A stretch of DNA of 58,396 nt from Vicinamibacteraceae bacterium (GTDB taxonomy: Bacteria > Acidobacteriota > Vicinamibacteria > Vicinamibacterales > UBA8438). This document shows, in pieces, positions 36,648-47,454 of the stretch (its first letter is position 1; each line of letters starts with the position of its first letter). The position numbers were made by a program, and so were the translations under genes. The stretch covers positions 1-58,396 of the forward strand of contig JAAXGX010000001.1 of the NCBI GenBank assembly GCA_012271165.1, in the 5' to 3' direction. A model generated the notes under the pieces. That model worked only from the letters and a program-made list of their open reading frames with translations. It did not search any database and was not told where the DNA came from.

Positions 36648-37634
36648 CTAGAAGCGCAGTCCCCGCCGGCCTGCCTGCTCCTTGACGTGGATCGTGTCGA
36701 TGAACTGGACGCGGTGCGGACTGGTCTGCATGACGACCGAGCTCGTCCGGCAGCCCTCGCCGAAGAACCGCACGCCCTTCATCAGGGCCCCCTCGGTGAC
36801 GCCGGTCGCGGCGAACGTGATCTGTTGGCCCGAGGCCAGCTCGGCCGACGTGTACACCTTCCTGATGTCCTCGATGCCCATCGACCGCGCGCGCGCTTCC
36901 TTCTCCGGCGTGTCGAGAATCAACCGCCCGAAGATCTCGCCGCCCAGGCAGCGCATGGCCGCGGCCGCGATCACGCCCTCCGGCGCGCCGCCGCTGCCCA
37001 TGACGGCGTGGATGCCGCTGCCGACCACGGCCGCGCCGATGGCCGCCGTGAGGTCGCCGTCGCCAATGAGCCGTATGCGCGCGCCGGCCGCCCGAATCTC
37101 GCCGATCAGGCCCGCGTGCCGCTCCCGCTCGAGGACGACGACGACGAGGTCCGACACCTCGCGGTCGAGGCACTTGGCGATCTGCTGCAAGTTGTGCGCG
37201 ACCGGCGCGTCGAGATCGACCGACCGCTTCGACTGGGCCCCGACGACGAGCTTCTGCATGTACACGTCGGGCGCATGCAGCAGGCCGCCCCGCTCGGACG
37301 CCGCCAGCACCGCGATGGCGCGCGGCGCGCCCGTCGCGCAGAGGTTGGTCCCCTCCAGGGGATCGACCGCGATGTCGATCTCCGGCAGTCCCTCGGCGCC
37401 CGCGGCGCCGCGACCGACGCGCTCGCCGATGTAGAGCATCGGCGCCTGGTCGCGCTCCCCTTCGCCGATCACCACCCGGCCATCGATGGCCACGTGGTCG
37501 AGCCGCGCGCGCATCGCCTCGACCGCGACCCGGTCGGACCGGTGGCGGTCACCCTGCCCCATCGTGTGGGCGCAGGCGATGGCCGCCTGCTCGACGACGT
37601 CGAGAAACGCCTGTGACAGTTCCTCAGCCCGCAT
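36648..37634 (-). CDS. glpX: Class II fructose-1,6-bisphosphatase
   Basis: IGEGERD.APML, DPLEGT, GGAPEG, ATGVT. Confidence 0.95.
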   Translation of the reverse strand: MRAEELSQAFLDVVEQAAIACAHTMGQGDRHRSDRVAVEAMRARLDHVAIDGRVVIGEGERDQAPMLYIGERVGRGAAGAEGLPEIDIAVDPLEGTNLCATGAPRAIAVLAASERGGLLHAPDVYMQKLVVGAQSKRSVDLDAPVAHNLQQIAKCLDREVSDLVVVVLERERHAGLIGEIRAAGARIRLIGDGDLTAAIGAAVVGSGIHAVMGSGGAPEGVIAAAAMRCLGGEIFGRLILDTPEKEARARSMGIEDIRKVYTSAELASGQQITFAATGVTEGALMKGVRFFGEGCRTSSVVMQTSPHRVQFIDTIHVKEQAGRRGLRF

Positions 37635-38874
37635 CGTCCTCCCCCGGCGCAGATGCCCGCCCGGCCGGCGCCGGCTCGCGGTACGGCGGCAGCGTGCACC
37701 GCGCTTCCCTGTCGATGCGGTACCCCAGCGCGTAGTCGGCCTGCATCAGCTTGTGAATCTCGCGGGTGCCCTCGTAGATGACCGCGCCCTTGCAGTTGCG
37801 GTAGAAGCGCCCGACCGGGTATTCGTCGGAGTAGCCGTTCGCGCCGTGAATCTGGACGGCGTCCCCGGCCGCGCGCTCGGAGGCCACGGTCGCGAACCAC
37901 TTGGCCAGGCCGGTCTCGCGCGTGTCGCGCCGGCCCCGGTTCTTGAGCCAGCCGCTGCGCAGCCACAGCAAACGGGCGGCCTGATAGTCGGACTCCATCT
38001 GCGCGATCATCTCCTTCACGAGCTGGTGCTGGCTGATCGGCACGCCGAAGGTCCGGCGCTCGGTCGCGTAGCGCACGCTGGCGTCCCGGCACGCCCGGAT
38101 GAGGCCGGTGGCGCCGGCCGCCACCGTGTAGCGCCCCTGGTCGAGCGCGAACATCGCGATCTTGAACCCCTCGCCTTCCCGGCCCAGCAGGTTGGCCTCG
38201 GGCACCTCCACCTCGTCCAGCTTGAAGAATCCGGTGTTCCCGGCCAGAATGCCCCACTTCTCCTCGAGCGGCCCGCTGGAGAAGCCGGCGTACGCCCGCT
38301 CGACGATGAACGCGCTGATGCCCGAGATGTCGCGCCGCTGCTTCTTCTCGCGGTCGCTCCAGGCGAAGACGAGGAAGTGATCCGCCACGTCGGCCAGCGA
38401 GATCCAGGTCTTCTCCCCGGTCAGCACCCAGTAGCCGTCGCGCTTCACGGCAACCGACTGGATCGCCCGCACATCGCTGCCCGCCCCCGGCTCGGTCAGG
38501 CCGTAGCCGCCGATTTTCTCGCCGCGCGCCTGGGGGACGAGATACTGCCGGCGCTGCTCCTCCGTGCCCCAGCTCAGCAGGCTGAGCGAGTTGAGCCCCG
38601 CGTGCACCGACATGATGACGCGCAGCGACGTGTCGATGTACTCGAGCTCCTCGCAGGCCAGCCCGAGGCTGACGTAGTCCATGCCGGCGCCGCCGTACTC
38701 GGCGGGGATGCTGATGCCCAGCAGGCCGAGCGACGCCATCCGCGGCAGGATGCCCGCGTCGAACCGATGCTGGCGATCGAGGTCGTGGATGCGGGGAGCA
38801 ATCTCGCGGGCGCCCCATTCCCGGACGGATTGCTGCAGCAGGCGCTGTTCTTCCGTGAGCTCGAGGTCGATCAT
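37624..38874 (-). CDS. Acyl-CoA dehydrogenase
   Basis: [28 protein letters not shown]. Confidence 0.92.
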   Translation of the reverse strand: MIDLELTEEQRLLQQSVREWGAREIAPRIHDLDRQHRFDAGILPRMASLGLLGISIPAEYGGAGMDYVSLGLACEELEYIDTSLRVIMSVHAGLNSLSLLSWGTEEQRRQYLVPQARGEKIGGYGLTEPGAGSDVRAIQSVAVKRDGYWVLTGEKTWISLADVADHFLVFAWSDREKKQRRDISGISAFIVERAYAGFSSGPLEEKWGILAGNTGFFKLDEVEVPEANLLGREGEGFKIAMFALDQGRYTVAAGATGLIRACRDASVRYATERRTFGVPISQHQLVKEMIAQMESDYQAARLLWLRSGWLKNRGRRDTRETGLAKWFATVASERAAGDAVQIHGANGYSDEYPVGRFYRNCKGAVIYEGTREIHKLMQADYALGYRIDREARCTLPPYREPAPAGRASAPGEDDAG

Positions 38875-38891
38875 CCGAAACGCTTTCCCTG

Positions 38892-39686
38892 CTACTGGTC
38901 CTGTCGCACGACGACGGCGTCGCCCCGCTCGACGCCCAGCCGCTCGACGGCGCGGGTCGAGTTCGCGGCAAACTCGAGATGTTCCGTGCTTCCGAACAGG
39001 GCGCAGACCTCGTCCTCGCCGATGTCCGCGTAGGTCTCCACCAGACGGTCGATGCCGTGCGGGCCGACCTCTATCTGGATGCTCCCCTGTTGCGCCAGCC
39101 GATCGAAGGTCTTGCGGTCGATGTTCGACACGAGGTTGCCGAACCGATCGACGCGCAGCACACACCCCACGATGCGGTCGGTCGCCAGCTCGGGCACCGG
39201 CAGGTCGAGGGTGCGGTAGTCGGTCACGGGCCGGCCGAGCGCCGAGAGCTGCACGCCCTTCGCGACCCAGGCCGCGGCCGGCGCGAAGCGGTCGCGGCCC
39301 TCGAACGTCCTGCTCACCGTCGGCCGGGCGTAGCGGCGCTCGGTCAGCTCCACGACGCGCCGCGGCGGCGACTCGTTGAGAACCGCGGTGAGCACGCCGT
39401 TGTCGGGCGCCACGAAGCGGTAGTCGCCCGTGTCGGCCGCGACGCCCCGGCGCTCGGAGCCAACGCCGGGATCGATGACGACGAGGAACACGCTTCCCGC
39501 GGGAAAGTAGCGGTAGGTGGCCGCGAGCTCGAGGCCCGCGGTCAGGACGTCATGGGCCGGGATGTCGTGCGAGATGTCGACCAGCGTGGCATCGGGGCAG
39601 ATGCCGAGAATGACGCCCTTCATGGCGCCCACGTAGTGGTCCCGGGTTCCAAAGTCGCTCAACAAGGCGACGACGGGTCGCGCCAT
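38892..39686 (-). CDS. SAM hydrolase/halogenase (DUF62) family protein
   Basis: LSDFG..D.YVGAMKG, VIDPGVGSERR, PDNG, TFEGRD, DRFGN. Confidence 0.92.
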   Translation of the reverse strand: MARPVVALLSDFGTRDHYVGAMKGVILGICPDATLVDISHDIPAHDVLTAGLELAATYRYFPAGSVFLVVIDPGVGSERRGVAADTGDYRFVAPDNGVLTAVLNESPPRRVVELTERRYARPTVSRTFEGRDRFAPAAAWVAKGVQLSALGRPVTDYRTLDLPVPELATDRIVGCVLRVDRFGNLVSNIDRKTFDRLAQQGSIQIEVGPHGIDRLVETYADIGEDEVCALFGSTEHLEFAANSTRAVERLGVERGDAVVVRQDQ

Positions 39687-39721
39687 TCACCCCACACCCC
39701 TGCGCCCGGCGGCAGACTCCA

Positions 39722-40372
39722 TCACGTCAACCTGCTCTGGCCCGCCATGGACGACTTCCGGAACAGCACCTCGCGCATCTGGCTCTTCAGCCGGATGGCG
39801 CCGGCGATGTTCAGCGAGCGGAACATCCTCGCGACCTCGCGGCTCTGGAGCACCCGGGACGGCCGCGACAGGGCATCGTTGCAGATTCGCCAGCGGAGGC
39901 TCTCCTCGTCGACGATCTCGTACTTGACCCGGCGCCGGTCCGACAGGCTCTCGGTGCGGTGGTACAGCAGCAAGGCGCCGCCCGGGCGCAGGACGCGGGC
40001 CAGATCGTCCGCCAGATCCTGACCCGCGCTCGGACTCAGATAGTCGAATATGTCCCAGCACAGGATGCCGTCGACGCTCTCGTCCGCGTACCCGAGCGGT
40101 GGCAGCACCGCGTCTTGGTCCGCGTCGTCCTGCGGCAGCTTCTCCAGCAGATCCTCGACGAAGATCCTGCACGCCATGTGCTCACCCAGAAACGCGACGT
40201 TGCCTTCGGTGGCGGGGCCCAGCTCGACCACGATCGGCTCGGGCCGCTTGCCCAACGCCTTGACGAAGTTGGCCAGCAGGCACGCGGACCGCACCTTGGC
40301 CGGATTGAGCGGCACCGCACCGATAGGATCCCGCTGGCGCGGCCCCAACCTGGACATGAGGGCGCCGATCAT
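39722..40372 (-). CDS. Class I SAM-methyltransferase-fold protein
   Basis: VVELGP motif-I-like, DGILCWDIFDYL, RVLRPGG. Confidence 0.7.
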   Translation of the reverse strand: MIGALMSRLGPRQRDPIGAVPLNPAKVRSACLLANFVKALGKRPEPIVVELGPATEGNVAFLGEHMACRIFVEDLLEKLPQDDADQDAVLPPLGYADESVDGILCWDIFDYLSPSAGQDLADDLARVLRPGGALLLYHRTESLSDRRRVKYEIVDEESLRWRICNDALSRPSRVLQSREVARMFRSLNIAGAIRLKSQMREVLFRKSSMAGQSRLT

Positions 40373-40429
40373 TGGTCCTCCCCCGGGCGTTGCTCTGATT
40401 CCCGGAACCAGACGGGTCGGGGAACGGGG

Positions 40430-40945
40430 CTATGACTTGGGGGCACCGCCCGGCGGCCCCGGCTCGGCCGGTCGCTGCTGCCCACCGCCCGCCTTGCCGC
40501 CCTGACTACGCCGCATGTCGATGCTGCCGCGAAACGTGGCGCCCTCGGCAATTGCCACCCGCGGTGCGGCGATATCTCCCTCGACCGAACCTTCCTCGCG
40601 AATGCTGATCCGCTCGGAAGCGGCGATGTTGCCGGTAACCTCGCCGATCACGACGATGGACTTTGCAGACACCTGCGCCTTGAGCTTCGCGTTGGAGCCG
40701 ATCGTCAGCACGTGCTCGCTCAGATCGACCTTCCCCTCGACCCGACCCTCGATTGTCAGGTCTTCCTTTCCGCTCAGCTCGCCCTTGACGACGATCGACT
40801 TGCCAATAGTCACAACAGCAGGCCCGGATGATGTCACTCTGTTCTCCCTACGCCGTTTCTCAACCTCGCTCGACAAAGGCTTCGCACCCGACTGCAGGTC
40901 GATCTTCAACTCGGAAGAGCCAGTGCCCTCCTCGCGCTTCCACAT
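40430..40945 (-). CDS. Bactofilin (polymer-forming cytoskeletal protein)
   Basis: IGKSIVVKGELSGKEDLTIEGRVEG beta-helix repeats, GATFRGSIDM. Confidence 0.92.
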   Translation of the reverse strand: MWKREEGTGSSELKIDLQSGAKPLSSEVEKRRRENRVTSSGPAVVTIGKSIVVKGELSGKEDLTIEGRVEGKVDLSEHVLTIGSNAKLKAQVSAKSIVVIGEVTGNIAASERISIREEGSVEGDIAAPRVAIAEGATFRGSIDMRRSQGGKAGGGQQRPAEPGPPGGAPKS

Positions 40946-41075
40946 CGCGGCCATCAGAGCTCCTATTCTGCGCCACCGCGGCCATCCGGGCGCAGAGCCT
41001 GCAGTATACGGGGAGGCGCCCGATCCTGTCTAGCAGCCCGCCGGCCGCGAAATCCCCGATGGTAAGATTGGCAAA

Positions 41076-42239
41076 ATGCACGTGTACCTCGACCACAATG
41101 CGACGACGCCGCTCGATCCGGCGGTGATCGAAACCACCGTCGCCGTCCTGCGCGGCGAGTTCGGCAACGCGTCGAGCGTGCACACGTTCGGACAGACAGC
41201 CAAGTCCCGGCTCGACGTGGCGCGCGCCGCGGTTGCCGACCTGATCGGCGGCCGCCCGCAGGAGGTCATCTTCACCAGCGGCGGCACCGAGGCGGACAAT
41301 CTGGCGCTCCGCGGCGTCGCCGAAGCCGCCGGGGCGCGGCGGCAACTCGTCGCGAGCGCCATCGAGCACGAGGCGGTTCTCAACACGCTGAAGGCGCTCG
41401 CCCGGCGGGGTTGGACCACGACGCTGCTCCCGGTGGACGGCCGCGGCATCGTGCCGCCGGAGACGCTCGAGGCGGCGCTGAGCCCCGAGACCGCCCTCGT
41501 ATCGATCATGCATGCCAACAACGAGATCGGCACGATCCAGCCGATTGCGGAGCTCGCGGCGATCGCGCATGCGCAGGGCGCCCTGTTCCACACCGACGCC
41601 GTGCAGTCGATCGGCAAGATTCCGGTCGACGTGGAGCGTCTCGGCGTCGATCTGCTGTCGCTGTCGGCCCACAAGTTCAACGGCCCGCAGGGCGCGGGCG
41701 CACTCTGGGTGCGGCGCGGCCGGCGGCTGGTCGCGGCCACCACGGGCGGCGGGCAGGAGCGGCGGCGCCGGGCGGGCACCGAGAACGTGTCGGCCATCGC
41801 GGGACTGGGCGCCGCCGCCCGCATCGCCAGGGCGAAGCTGGAGGCCGGCCCGGGCGACATCGCCGGCCTGCGGGACCGCCTCGAAGCCGGGATCCTGGCC
41901 GGCGTGCCGGGCACCGTCGTCAACGGCGACCCGGCCCGGCGGGTGCCCAACACGACGAACATCAGCTTCGACCGCGTCGAGGCCGAGTCCCTGCTCATCG
42001 CGCTCGACCTCGAAGGAGTGGCCGTCTCCACGGGATCGGCGTGCTCCTCCGGCACGCTCGAGCCGTCGCACGTGCTGCGCGCCATGGGCTTCCCTCCCCA
42101 TCGCACCCAGAACTCGATCCGCTTCAGCCTCGGTCTCGGCAACACGACCGAGCAGGTCGACCACGTGGTCGGCGTCATGCCGCGGGTCGTCGAGCGCCTG
42201 CGGGCGCTGTCGCGAACCGGCCAGCACGTCAACGCGTGA
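41076..42239 (+). CDS. iscS: Cysteine desulfurase (IscS/NifS type)
   Basis: YLDHNATTP, NNEIG, SAHK, STGSACSS. Confidence 0.93.
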   Translation: MHVYLDHNATTPLDPAVIETTVAVLRGEFGNASSVHTFGQTAKSRLDVARAAVADLIGGRPQEVIFTSGGTEADNLALRGVAEAAGARRQLVASAIEHEAVLNTLKALARRGWTTTLLPVDGRGIVPPETLEAALSPETALVSIMHANNEIGTIQPIAELAAIAHAQGALFHTDAVQSIGKIPVDVERLGVDLLSLSAHKFNGPQGAGALWVRRGRRLVAATTGGGQERRRRAGTENVSAIAGLGAAARIARAKLEAGPGDIAGLRDRLEAGILAGVPGTVVNGDPARRVPNTTNISFDRVEAESLLIALDLEGVAVSTGSACSSGTLEPSHVLRAMGFPPHRTQNSIRFSLGLGNTTEQVDHVVGVMPRVVERLRALSRTGQHVNA

Positions 42240-42243
42240 AGCC

Positions 42244-43308
42244 ATGCGCATCGTGGCCGCCATGTCCGGCGGCGTCGACTCGTCCGTCGCCGCCGCGCTC
42301 CTGGCCGAGGAAGGCCACGACGTCGTCGGCCTGTCGATGCAGCTGTACGATCAGCGCGAAGGCGGGCAGCAGTTCGGCAGCTGCTGCACCCTCGACGACC
42401 TCCACGACGCCCGCCGGGTGGCCGCCAGGCTGGGCATTCCGCACTACATCGTCAACTTCGAGCGGCAGTTCGACCAGCAGGTGGTGTCGCGCTTCGTGGG
42501 CGAGTACACGGCCGCGCGCACCCCGATCCCGTGCGTCCGCTGCAACAGCGACCTGAAGTTCACCGCCCTGCTGGAGCGGGCGCACGGCCTGGATGCCCCG
42601 GCGGTCGCAACCGGGCACTACGCGCGGGTGGAGCGGTCGGCGGACGGGACGTATCTGCTCAAGCGCGGCGTGGACGCCGCCAAGGACCAGTCGTACTTCC
42701 TGTTCGGCCTGACGCAGGCCCAGCTCGCCTGCGCGAGGTTCCCGCTGGGCGCACGGCGCAAGCCGGAGGTCCGCGCCTATGCCGAGGCCCGGTCGCTGCC
42801 GGTGGCGCGCAAGCCCGACAGCCACGAGATCTGCTTCGTCCCGGACGGCGACTACGCGGCGTTCGTGGCGCGCCGCGCGCCGGACGCCGTGCGGCCGGGC
42901 CGCATCGTGGACGGGGCGGGCCGGACGCTCGGACGGCATGCCGGCGTCCACCGCTTCACGGTCGGCCAGCGCCGGGGCCTCGGCATCTCGGGGCCGGCGC
43001 CCCTCTACGTGACCGAGCTGGATGCCGCGTCGGGACGCGTGACGGTCGGGCCGCGCGCCGCGCTCGAGCGGTCCACGCTGCGTGCGGGCGCGGTCAACTG
43101 GATTGCCGGACGCGCCCCGTCCGGCCCGCTGCGCGCGGCCGCGCAAATCCGGCACCGGCACGCCGCCGCTCCGGCGCGGGTCAGCGTCCTGGAGGACGGC
43201 GCCGCGCACGTCGAGTTCGAAGAGGCCCAGCCGGCCATCACGCCCGGGCAGGCGGTGGTCTTCTACGACGGCGCGACGGTTCTCGGCGGAGGCTGGATCG
43301 AAAAGTGA
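42244..43308 (+). CDS. mnmA: tRNA 2-thiouridylase
   Basis: SGGVDS, PCVRCN..KF, ATGHY, KDQSY, TPGQ. Confidence 0.96.
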   Translation: MRIVAAMSGGVDSSVAAALLAEEGHDVVGLSMQLYDQREGGQQFGSCCTLDDLHDARRVAARLGIPHYIVNFERQFDQQVVSRFVGEYTAARTPIPCVRCNSDLKFTALLERAHGLDAPAVATGHYARVERSADGTYLLKRGVDAAKDQSYFLFGLTQAQLACARFPLGARRKPEVRAYAEARSLPVARKPDSHEICFVPDGDYAAFVARRAPDAVRPGRIVDGAGRTLGRHAGVHRFTVGQRRGLGISGPAPLYVTELDAASGRVTVGPRAALERSTLRAGAVNWIAGRAPSGPLRAAAQIRHRHAAAPARVSVLEDGAAHVEFEEAQPAITPGQAVVFYDGATVLGGGWIEK

Positions 43309-43341
43309 CGGGCGGCGGGAGCCGGCGCCGGGGCCCGGCGG

Positions 43342-44271
43342 TCAGGACGCGGCGGGCAGACTCTCGAGGTAGCGCTCCGCGTCGATCGCGGCCATGCAGC
43401 CCGACCCGGCGGCGGTGACCGCCTGCCGGTAGACGTGGTCCTGCACGTCGCCGGCCGCGAACACGCCGGCAACGCTCGTCCGCGCGCCGCCCCGCGGCAC
43501 GATGTAGCCCGCGGCATCGAGCTCGAGCTGGCCCTTGAACAGGTGGGTATTGGGCGTATGCCCGATCGCCACGAACACGCCCTCGACGGGCAGGGTCTTC
43601 CACTCGCCCGTGCTCACGTCGCGCAGGACGATCCCGGTCACCACGCCCTTCTCCGTGTCGGTGACCTCCTCGACGACCGTGTTCCACTCGAACGAGATCT
43701 TGGAATTGCCGAGCGCCTTGTCCTGCATGATCTTCGACGCCCGCAGCGTGTCGCGGCGATGCACCACCGTCACGTGCGAGGCGAACTTCGTCAGGAACGT
43801 GGCCTCCTCCATCGCGGAGTCGCCGCCCCCGACGACGGCAATCGGCTTGTCGCGGAAGAAATAGCCGTCGCAGGTCGCGCAGGTCGATACGCCATGGCCC
43901 ATCAGCGCACGCTCGGAAGGCAGCCCGAGCAACCGGGCCGACGCGCCCGTGGCGATGATGAGCGCGCGCGCGCGGTACGTATCGTCGCCGGTCGCCACGG
44001 CGAAGCTGGGGGCCGTCAGGTCCACGTTCACGACGTCACCGCGCATGAACTCGGTGCCGAAGCGCTCGGCCTGCGCGCGCATCTCCGCCATCAGGTCCGG
44101 CCCCATGACCCCGTCGCGGAACCCTGGATAGTTGTCGACGGCGGTCGTGAGCATCAACTGGCCGCCCGACTCCAGCCCCTCGATCAGCAGCGGCTTCAGA
44201 CTGGCGCGCGCGGCATAGAGGGCGGCCGTCAGCCCGGCCGGACCCGATCCGATGATGATGACGTCGCGCAT
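43342..44271 (-). CDS. trxB: Thioredoxin reductase
   Basis: [27 protein letters not shown]. Confidence 0.96.
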   Translation of the reverse strand: MRDVIIIGSGPAGLTAALYAARASLKPLLIEGLESGGQLMLTTAVDNYPGFRDGVMGPDLMAEMRAQAERFGTEFMRGDVVNVDLTAPSFAVATGDDTYRARALIIATGASARLLGLPSERALMGHGVSTCATCDGYFFRDKPIAVVGGGDSAMEEATFLTKFASHVTVVHRRDTLRASKIMQDKALGNSKISFEWNTVVEEVTDTEKGVVTGIVLRDVSTGEWKTLPVEGVFVAIGHTPNTHLFKGQLELDAAGYIVPRGGARTSVAGVFAAGDVQDHVYRQAVTAAGSGCMAAIDAERYLESLPAAS

Positions 44272-44279
44272 GGCGGGGC

Positions 44280-45239
44280 TCAATCGGCCGGCCCGACTCC
44301 CGAGGCGGCGAGCGCCGCGCCGTTCCGCGACACCCAGGTGGCGAGCCGCCGCACTTCGGAAAACCGCCGCTCCCCCGAGCCGGCGCCGAGCACCACGAGC
44401 GACAGCGGGTCGTGATCGGGCAGCTTCACCACCGTGGCCAGGCAGTAGCCCGACGCGTCGATGTAGCCGGTCTTGCCGCCGTGGACGGCCAACCGGCCGC
44501 GCAGGAGCCGGTTCGTGTTGCGTACGGTGAGCCGGCGCCGGCTGGTGCGCAACCGGTGCGCCTGCTTGCGCATGATGCTGGAGACGACGGGCCGCTTCGT
44601 GGCGTGCGCGATGAGCCGGGAGATGTCGTAGGCCGTCGAGACGTTGCCGCTGTCGAGCCCGGACGGATCGGTGAAGGAGGTATCACGCAGGCCGAGCGCG
44701 GCCGCCATCGCGTTCATCTGCTCGACGAACCCGGCGGTGCCCCACGGCGAGACGCGGGCGAGCGCGCGCGCGGCGACGTTGTCCGACGCCACCAGCGCCA
44801 GATGCAGGAGGTTGTAGAGCGACACCACCTCGCCGCGGCGGAGATACGTGGTCGACGCGCGCCGGACGTCGCGCCGGGAGATCACGACGTCGCCATCCAG
44901 GTCCGGACGCGGCTCGAGGAACACAAGCGCCGTCATCACCTTGGTGATGCTGGCGATGGAGCGCTGCTCGAATCCGTTCGACTCCCACAGGATCTCGTGG
45001 GTCGTCGGGTTGTAGATCATCGCGGCGCGGGCGCGGATGCGCGGCTGCCGCAGGTCGGTGACATCGAGCCGCCGGGGCGGATCGATGGTTGGATCCAGGG
45101 CGGGCGGCGACGCGGGAACGGCGGCAGCCGGCCCGGCGTGCGGCGCCTGGCCGACCGCCCCGAAGCACAAGACGAACGCGGCGACACCGGCGAGCAGGAC
45201 GATGCGGTGCGCGGAAACGAGCCGCCCGATCAGGGACAT
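44280..45239 (-). CDS. D-alanyl-D-alanine peptidase (S11, PBP7-like)
   Basis: SITK, SDN and KTG motifs; GGAGG SD before ATG 45239. Confidence 0.88.
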   Translation of the reverse strand: MSLIGRLVSAHRIVLLAGVAAFVLCFGAVGQAPHAGPAAAVPASPPALDPTIDPPRRLDVTDLRQPRIRARAAMIYNPTTHEILWESNGFEQRSIASITKVMTALVFLEPRPDLDGDVVISRRDVRRASTTYLRRGEVVSLYNLLHLALVASDNVAARALARVSPWGTAGFVEQMNAMAAALGLRDTSFTDPSGLDSGNVSTAYDISRLIAHATKRPVVSSIMRKQAHRLRTSRRRLTVRNTNRLLRGRLAVHGGKTGYIDASGYCLATVVKLPDHDPLSLVVLGAGSGERRFSEVRRLATWVSRNGAALAASGVGPAD

Positions 45240-45288
45240 CCCCCTCCGCGCCTCATGCGCCCGCACGTCAGGCATTCCGCAACGACGC

Positions 45289-46653
45289 TCAGCCTCCCGC
45301 GCTCGTGAGGACCGGCTGCTCCGGCTGCCGCGGGAACGAGTAGTGGGTGCGGTGCCGCACTTCCGCGCCATCCCGGTTGATCTCCACGCGCAGGCGGCGC
45401 GTGCGGAACGTGGGATCCGGGTTGCTCGAGTAGAAGCCGAGCACGTAGTAGTCGCTCGTCTCCGCGTCGATCTCCTCCAGCGCGTCGTCGAAATCGTTGC
45501 GGTTCACGACGGCCATGCCGCCGGTCAGCTCCGCCAGCAGTCGCAGCGAGTTCTGGGTCTGGAAGACGTGGTCGCGCCACTCCCGCAGCGGCACGTCGTA
45601 GCCGATGTCCGGCCCGGCCACCAGCCCCCGCGGATCGATGGTATAGAACGAGGCGTTCGCGCGGTTGGCCGCGAGCGTGAGCTGCTTGAGCTCGAGTGCC
45701 AGGTCGCTGTCCGCGAAGACCGTGCCCTGCCGCTCGTTCACGTTGAACATGTCGATGTCGCGGTCGGTGATGCCGTTGTAGAAGGAATCGTTGGAGTTGG
45801 CCGCCTGCTGGATGCCGCCGAGCGCGCGGCCGATGGGGCTCTGCCGGAACCGCTCGTACTCGTACGGGTTGAAGTCGTAGCCGCTGCTCAGGTAGACGAA
45901 CACCTTGCGGCGGTTCTCGACGTCCTCGAGGTTGCGCACGATGTCGCGCGCGAGCTTGAAGGCCTTGTGCGCGCGCCAGCGCAGCTCGCCCGGGCCGCCC
46001 GGGCCGCCCGACAACTGCTCGATCATCTCCTGATTGGAGAAGCCGTCGCCCGTGATGCGCCCCATCGCCGAGTACAGCAGCGCCCGGTCGTAGGTCATCT
46101 GGACGTTGATGGCGGACGGGCCGCTCGAGACGATGCCGAACAGGTCGCCCTCGTGGATCAGCGTGTCGGCGATGGTCTCGAACACCTGCCGGATCTTCGG
46201 CGTCAGGCTCGTGTTCAGATGGAGATCGTCGACGAAGAGGATGAAGATGCGCCCCGCGGTGTCGTTCACCGGCCTGGACGGCGGCAGCACGATGCCTTCC
46301 TGCACGGGCGCCGGCGGCAGCAGCTGGTTGTAGACGCGCCCGCCGTGCACCAGCACCAGGGACGCAATCTCCTGCGGGTGCCCGTCCTCCAGGACGGTGA
46401 TCTCGTCCCTGGTCAGGTCCGGTATGAATACGCCGTTCTCATCCCGGGCGATGACGTCCGTCGTCACGAGGGTGACGCCGGACCGGAAGATGGGCGCCTG
46501 GCTGCCCGTGAGGATGCGGCCGACATCCTCCGGGCCGAGCCGCTCCTGGCCCGGCGGCTGTGCGCCGGCGATGGCGCCTAGCGCGACGACCGCGACCGCC
46601 GCGCACGCCCAACGTCCCGCCGCGCGTGTATACGAGCGTCTGGAAGTACGCAT
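45289..46653 (-). CDS. VWA domain protein (acidobacterial type)
   Basis: FRSGVTLV..DV, EDG.PQ, RRKVFVYLSSG, LAELTGG, YYVLGFYS. Confidence 0.85.
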   Translation of the reverse strand: MRTSRRSYTRAAGRWACAAVAVVALGAIAGAQPPGQERLGPEDVGRILTGSQAPIFRSGVTLVTTDVIARDENGVFIPDLTRDEITVLEDGHPQEIASLVLVHGGRVYNQLLPPAPVQEGIVLPPSRPVNDTAGRIFILFVDDLHLNTSLTPKIRQVFETIADTLIHEGDLFGIVSSGPSAINVQMTYDRALLYSAMGRITGDGFSNQEMIEQLSGGPGGPGELRWRAHKAFKLARDIVRNLEDVENRRKVFVYLSSGYDFNPYEYERFRQSPIGRALGGIQQAANSNDSFYNGITDRDIDMFNVNERQGTVFADSDLALELKQLTLAANRANASFYTIDPRGLVAGPDIGYDVPLREWRDHVFQTQNSLRLLAELTGGMAVVNRNDFDDALEEIDAETSDYYVLGFYSSNPDPTFRTRRLRVEINRDGAEVRHRTHYSFPRQPEQPVLTSAGG

Positions 46654-46687
46654 AATGGCTCGCATTATAGCAAAGCCCCGGGCGGCG

Positions 46688-47428
46688 TTACGACGGCGAA
46701 TCGTCGCCCGTGCCGGCGGCGCGGCGCGTGCGCGGCCGGCGCCGGCCGAGGCTGCCGCGGATGGCCTCGGCCTCGGTCTCGAACCGCTCGATGCCCCGCA
46801 CGGCGTCCTCCGTGGTCGCCCAGCCGTCGGGGTTGAGCGTCTCGGCCCGCGTCTGCAGCGCCTCGCGCGCATCCGGATCGATCCGCTTCTCGGCAATCCG
46901 AACCTTGATCTCCGCGTAGCGCGCCCGCAGCCGCTCGAGCATCTCGTCGCCCATCAGCGCCACCACCGGATGCTGCCACGCCGGAACCGGCTCGTCCGCC
47001 TCGAACCCGGGCATCGGATCCGGCTCCTCGGCCATGGGCTCCGGCTCGGGCGGAGGCGGCTCGGCCTGCCGCCCGCGGCGCGAACGCGGTTCGCCGCCGC
47101 CCGCGGCCGACGCATGGGCAGCCCGCCCCGAACCGGCGCCGCGGCCCGGCCGCGCCGTCCGCTGCGCCTTCCCGCGGCGCTCGGCATCCGGCTCGGGCGG
47201 AGGCTGCACCTTGAGCATGCGGCCCCAATCGAACGCGAGGCTCGGGTTGTTCTCCTCAATCGCGCGGATGGCCTGCTCGTCGAGCGGATGGCGGCCGACC
47301 CTGACGCCGGGCGGCGTCCGGAACCAGTAGAGCAGGCGCGGCTTGGACTCCCCCTCGCGGCGGAAGGTATGGAGGACGTAGGTGTGCTCGTAGCCGCGCC
47401 GGTTGCGCGAGAACCGCAAGTATGGCAT
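46688..47428 (-). CDS. Hypothetical protein
   Basis: Protein-like N- and C-terminal domains (YLRFSRNRRGYEHTY, LYWFRTPP; ETLNPDGW) joined by a Pro-rich linker. Confidence 0.7.
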   Translation of the reverse strand: MPYLRFSRNRRGYEHTYVLHTFRREGESKPRLLYWFRTPPGVRVGRHPLDEQAIRAIEENNPSLAFDWGRMLKVQPPPEPDAERRGKAQRTARPGRGAGSGRAAHASAAGGGEPRSRRGRQAEPPPPEPEPMAEEPDPMPGFEADEPVPAWQHPVVALMGDEMLERLRARYAEIKVRIAEKRIDPDAREALQTRAETLNPDGWATTEDAVRGIERFETEAEAIRGSLGRRRPRTRRAAGTGDDSPS

Positions 47429-47454
47429 CGGGACAGAGTAGTACCATACCAAGC

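Noticed and set aside
41030-41058. CTAGCAGCCCG resembling the MITE end upstream of iscS
   Set aside because: Only about 11 bp of similarity with no partner inverted repeat; could be chance
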